Shown: one piece after another, positions 60,251 through 64,000 of the stretch | Numbering within the stretch: position 1 is the first letter of the stretch | Layout: each line of letters opens with the position of its first letter | From: an uncultured Gemmatimonadales bacterium | GTDB lineage: Bacteria; Gemmatimonadota; Gemmatimonadetes; Gemmatimonadales; GWC2-71-9 | DNA length: 64,000 nt | Assembly (NCBI GenBank): GCA_963771275.1 | Contig: CAVYSW010000010.1 | Span: 160,001-224,000 of the forward strand | Direction: 5' to 3' | The notes under the pieces: model-generated | Told to the model about the DNA's origin: nothing | Databases searched by the model: none | The model's input: the letters and a program-made list of their open reading frames with translations, nothing else | Translations under genes and position numbers: made by a program

Positions 60251-60527
60251 GGGCCGACATTGGCTGCTCCTGTGGCTGCTGTTCGCGCTCGTGATCCTGG
60301 TGTGGGTGAGCGCGCGCCAGACGTCGAGCGTCGTGCTCGCGGGCGCGCTCCGGGACGTGCGCGCGCAGCGCCTCGCGGTCGAAGCGGAGCGGACGGCGCT
60401 CGCTCGCCGGCTGCAGGAGGCGGAGAGCCGGGCCGTGCTGATTCCGCGTGCCGAGTCGCTCGGGCTCCGGCAGGCCGTGGACAGCGAGATCATCAACCTG
60501 CAGCCTGCGCCCGCGACCAGGCACTGA
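60240..60527 (+). CDS. ftsL: Cell division protein FtsL-like
   Basis: Single TM plus coiled coil, AESLGL motif; lies between rsmH and ftsI. Confidence 0.65.
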   Translation: MAAKGRHWLLLWLLFALVILVWVSARQTSSVVLAGALRDVRAQRLAVEAERTALARRLQEAESRAVLIPRAESLGLRQAVDSEIINLQPAPATRH

Positions 60528-60530
60528 GGC

Positions 60531-62471
60531 ATGGCCAAGCCCGAGGTGCGCCTCACGGTGGTGGGTCTGGGACTCGCGGTGGGTCTCGCGGCGCTGGTCG
60601 CCCGCGCGGCGCAGGTCCAGCTGATCGATGGCGGGCGGTACGCCGCGCAGGCCGAAAGTCAGCGGACCGACTCGGTGGACCTGCCGGCCCGTCGGGGCAC
60701 GCTGTACGACCGGACGGGCGTTCCCCTCGCGACGACGCAGGAAGTCTTCCATGTGGGCCTCGACCGCCGCGAGCTGAAGGACCCCGCCGCCGCCGCGCGC
60801 CGCGTGGCGCGCCAGCTCGGGCTGTCCGAAGCCGAGGTGCGGCGAGCGCTGCGGCGGAAGTACGCGCACTTCGAGGGACCGTTTTCCGCGGCGCAGGTGC
60901 TGCTGCTGCGCAGCATGCCGGGCGTCTACCTGACGAGCGAGCTCGTGCGCAGCTATCCCGATCCGGACTTCGCGCGCCCGATCCTCGGCCGTCCGGCGGT
61001 GGCGGGACGCGCGGCGACGGGCCTCGAGCGCCAGCTCGACTCCCTGTTGCGTGGGCGACCGGGCGCCGCCGTGGTGCTGCGCGACAGCCGTGGCCGCGTG
61101 CTCGAATCGCCATCCCGCCTTGCGGCATTCCCGGTGCCCGGTCACGACGTGTTCCTCACCATCGATGCCGGCGTGCAGGAGATCGTGGAGACCGCCCTGG
61201 CGGACGCGATTGAGCGGCTGAACGCGGCCGGCGGCGATGTGGTGGTGCTCGATCCCCACACCGGGGAAGTCCTCGCGCTGACGTCGCGGCTGGCCGACGG
61301 CAGCTCGAGCTCGGGGGCGCTGACGGCGACCTTCGAGCCCGGGTCCACGGCCAAGATCTTCGCGGCCGCCGCCCTGCTGGCGCATGGCCTCGTCGCGCCC
61401 GGCGACAGTGTGTACGGCGAGGGCGGGCTGTGGAAGCTCCCCCACCGGACCCTCAGCGACGACCACCATACTGGGTTCGTCTGGATGCGGCTGGTCGACG
61501 CGATCCGGATCTCGAGCAACATCGGGACGGTCAAGTTCGCCAGCAGGCTGGACCCCGCCGAGCAATTCGACATGCTGCGCGCCTTCGGGATCGGCGCGCC
61601 GACGGGCATCGATTTTCCAGCCGAGTCGCGCGGGCGGCTGCTGCGGCCCGCAGAGTGGAGCGGGGTGTCCGCGCAGTCGCTGGCGATCGGCTACGAGATG
61701 GCGGTCACGCCGCTGCAGCTCGCGGCCGCTTATTCGGCGATCGCCGCCGACGGCCTGCTGTTGCAGCCGGCCCTGGTGAAGCGGGTGCGCGATCCCGACG
61801 GCCGCGTCGTCTACGAGCGGCGGCCCGAGCCGGTACGGCGCGTGGTGAGCCCGAAGATCGCGGCCCAGCTGCGCGAGATGCTGCGCGGGGTCGTCTCCGA
61901 GGGCGGTACCGGCTCGGCGGCGGCGCTCACCAGCTACGAGGTGGCCGGCAAGACGGGAACCGCACGGGTGGCCGGGCCCGGCGGGCGCTACGTGCAGGGC
62001 GCCACCACCGCGGTGTTCGCGGCGCTGTTCCCAGCGGAGGACCCGCAGCTCGTGATGGTGGTGAAGCTCGACTCGCCGCGCGGCAGCTACGCGGCCCTCA
62101 CGGCGGCCCCGCTCACACGGCGGGTGCTCGAGCAGGTGCTGGCCGCCCAGACCGGGGCGCTCGACCGCGGGCGCCTCACCGTCACCGCGCCGCCGCCCGC
62201 CCCCGCGCATCGGGCGGCCGAGACGACGACCTGGCAGGTGTTTGCGTTTGCGTGGCCCGACGCCGGCAGCGCGCGACCGGCGGCGCCGCGTCGCGTCCCG
62301 AACGTCGGGGGCCTGTCCGTGCGGGAGGCCGTGAGTCGCCTGCACCGCGCCGGCCTGCGGGCGCGGCTCAGCGGGTTCGGGCGCGTGGTGCGCACCGCGC
62401 CCGGTGCGGGTGACTCGGTCGCCGCGGGGACCCTGGTCACGGTGTTTGCCGAGTCCGGAGGGACACCCTGA
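60531..62471 (+). CDS. ftsI: Class B penicillin-binding protein (PBP3) with C-terminal PASTA domain
   Basis: RGTLYDR.G, EPGSTAK (SxxK), SSN (SxN), KTGTA; VPNVGGLS. Confidence 0.92.
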   Translation: MAKPEVRLTVVGLGLAVGLAALVARAAQVQLIDGGRYAAQAESQRTDSVDLPARRGTLYDRTGVPLATTQEVFHVGLDRRELKDPAAAARRVARQLGLSEAEVRRALRRKYAHFEGPFSAAQVLLLRSMPGVYLTSELVRSYPDPDFARPILGRPAVAGRAATGLERQLDSLLRGRPGAAVVLRDSRGRVLESPSRLAAFPVPGHDVFLTIDAGVQEIVETALADAIERLNAAGGDVVVLDPHTGEVLALTSRLADGSSSSGALTATFEPGSTAKIFAAAALLAHGLVAPGDSVYGEGGLWKLPHRTLSDDHHTGFVWMRLVDAIRISSNIGTVKFASRLDPAEQFDMLRAFGIGAPTGIDFPAESRGRLLRPAEWSGVSAQSLAIGYEMAVTPLQLAAAYSAIAADGLLLQPALVKRVRDPDGRVVYERRPEPVRRVVSPKIAAQLREMLRGVVSEGGTGSAAALTSYEVAGKTGTARVAGPGGRYVQGATTAVFAALFPAEDPQLVMVVKLDSPRGSYAALTAAPLTRRVLEQVLAAQTGALDRGRLTVTAPPPAPAHRAAETTTWQVFAFAWPDAGSARPAAPRRVPNVGGLSVREAVSRLHRAGLRARLSGFGRVVRTAPGAGDSVAAGTLVTVFAESGGTP

Positions 62472-63931
62472 GCGATCTCGCGGCCATCGTGCGCGCCCTG
62501 CGTGAGGCGGGCCTGCTGCTGCTGGCCCCCGATCGGCTGCCCGCGATTACCGGGGTGGCCGCGGATTCGCGGCGCGTGCAGCCGGGGGCGCTGTTCTGCG
62601 CGGTGGAAGGGACGGTTGCCGACGGGCACGGGTTCGTGCCCGATGCGCGCGCCCGCGGCGCGGCGGCCGCGCTGGTCGCGCGCCCCCTCGAGGATCCGAT
62701 TCCGCAGATCGTCGTCGCGGACGGGCGCACCGCGGCGGCCACGGCGGCCGCGGTCTGGTTCGGTCAGCCGGCCGACCGCCTGGAGCTGATTGGCGTCACC
62801 GGCACGAACGGCAAGTCGACCACGGTTGCCCTCACGCGCCACCTGCTGAACGCCGCGGGGGACGTCGGCGCCTTGGGCACGCTCGGGGGAATGGACGGAC
62901 GGGGCGGGGTCCTCCCCGAGGACGCCGGCCTCACGACGCCGGGCCCCGTGGAGCTCCACGCGGCGTTCGCCGAGCTCGCGCGCCGCGGCGTCCGCACGGT
63001 CGTGATGGAGACCTCCTCGCACGCGCTCCACCAGCGCCGGGTGGCGGGGCTCCGGTTCGCGGCCGGCGTCTACACGAACCTCACGCACGATCACCTGGAC
63101 TATCACGGCGACTACGACAGCTACCTCGCCGCGAAGGCCCTGCTCTCCGCCCACGTCGGGGCGGGCGGGCTCGAAGTCGTGAATCTCGACGATCCGGCGT
63201 GGGGGGGGCTGCCCCGCCGCGAGGGCCTCCGCCGACTGACCTTCGGAACGAGCGCGCGGGCCGACGTCGGTGCCACCGCCATCCGGCTCGACGCGCGTGG
63301 GGCCGCGTTCCGCCTGCGCCTGGGCGGCGCCACGACGGACGCGTTCGTGCCGCTGATGGGCGAGTTCAACGTCAGCAACGCCCTGGCCGCCGCCGCGGTC
63401 GCCTGGGGACGCGGCCTGGCGCCCGCGACCATCGTGGCCCGGCTCGACGGTGCGCCCCAGGTGCCCGGACGGATGGAGCGGCTCGTGTCCGCCGGCTTCA
63501 CGGTGCTGCGCGACTATGCGCACACGCCCGATGCGCTACGCCGCGCCCTGCGCGCGCTGCGGCCGCTCACGACGGGGCGGCTGATCGTGCTGTTCGGGTG
63601 CGGCGGGGACCGCGACCGACGCAAGCGACCCGTCATGGGCGAGATCGCGGCGCAGGACGCGGACGTTGCCGTGGTCACGTCCGACAACCCGCGCAGCGAG
63701 GATCCCGAGCGCATCATCGACGACATCGAGGCGGGCATGGGAGGCGTGGCCCACCTCCGCATCGCGGATCGGCGCGCGGCGATCCACCGCGCGCTCGCCC
63801 TGCTCCAGGCTGGGGACAGCCTGCTGCTCGCCGGGAAGGGTCATGAGATGTACCAGGTGGTCGGCGCCACGCGGCTGCCGTTCGACGAGCTGGCGATCGT
63901 GCGCGAAGCGCTGGAGAGCGCCCGCCGGTGA
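62468..63931 (+). CDS. murE: UDP-MurNAc-tripeptide synthetase
   Basis: DSRRV, GVTGTNGKST, LTTP, METSSH, DHLDYH, DYAHTPD, DNPR (meso-DAP type), AGKGHE; start 62468 (CTG) or 62489 (GTG). Confidence 0.95.
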   Translation: MSDLAAIVRALREAGLLLLAPDRLPAITGVAADSRRVQPGALFCAVEGTVADGHGFVPDARARGAAAALVARPLEDPIPQIVVADGRTAAATAAAVWFGQPADRLELIGVTGTNGKSTTVALTRHLLNAAGDVGALGTLGGMDGRGGVLPEDAGLTTPGPVELHAAFAELARRGVRTVVMETSSHALHQRRVAGLRFAAGVYTNLTHDHLDYHGDYDSYLAAKALLSAHVGAGGLEVVNLDDPAWGGLPRREGLRRLTFGTSARADVGATAIRLDARGAAFRLRLGGATTDAFVPLMGEFNVSNALAAAAVAWGRGLAPATIVARLDGAPQVPGRMERLVSAGFTVLRDYAHTPDALRRALRALRPLTTGRLIVLFGCGGDRDRRKRPVMGEIAAQDADVAVVTSDNPRSEDPERIIDDIEAGMGGVAHLRIADRRAAIHRALALLQAGDSLLLAGKGHEMYQVVGATRLPFDELAIVREALESARR

Positions 63932-64000
63932 GCGTTTGGACCGGCGCGCGCCTCGCCGAGGCGCTCGGGGTCGACGTGCCGCCGAGCCTCGCCTGCGCCC
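63928..64000 (+). CDS. murF: Probable MurF N-terminus (partial)
   Basis: GTGA overlap with the murE stop; MSVWTGARLAEALG; call rests on dcw gene order. Confidence 0.55.
   Translation, partial: MSVWTGARLAEALGVDVPPSLACA

Overview
GC-rich diderm bacterial chromosome segment. The gene content (Ser/Thr kinase-TolB-TPR protein, VPS10/BNR hydrolase, PEP-CTERM protein, DivIVA, CdaA) suggests Gemmatimonadota, but this is inference. 1-25 kb is accessory: enzymes, a SAM methyltransferase with a PqqD/RRE-like tail, an easily missed 47-aa 'EELEERIAP' RiPP-precursor-like peptide, a metal uptake operon with no ATPase, a sigma54-preceded PEP-CTERM gene and a frameshifted CPBP protease. 25-39 kb is housekeeping (tilS-ftsH-folP-cdaA-DUF2723-yggS-divIVA-ileS-dksA-like-lspA-rluD). 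39-57 kb is a tightly coupled cluster in which a receptor-less chemosensory set (cheW-Y-A-C ... cheR-D-B-W-W) encloses an MglA GTPase, three roadblock proteins, two DUF4388/MshEN-motif/TPR proteins and a tandem DnaA-type AAA+ protein with no DNA-binding domain. Then come tRNA-Val, tRNA-Asp and the start of the dcw cluster (rsmH-ftsL-ftsI-murE-murF). The two best candidates for undescribed systems are the Che-Mgl-tandem-DnaA module and the peptide plus methyltransferase RiPP-like pair. All calls come from motif reading by eye; no searches were run.
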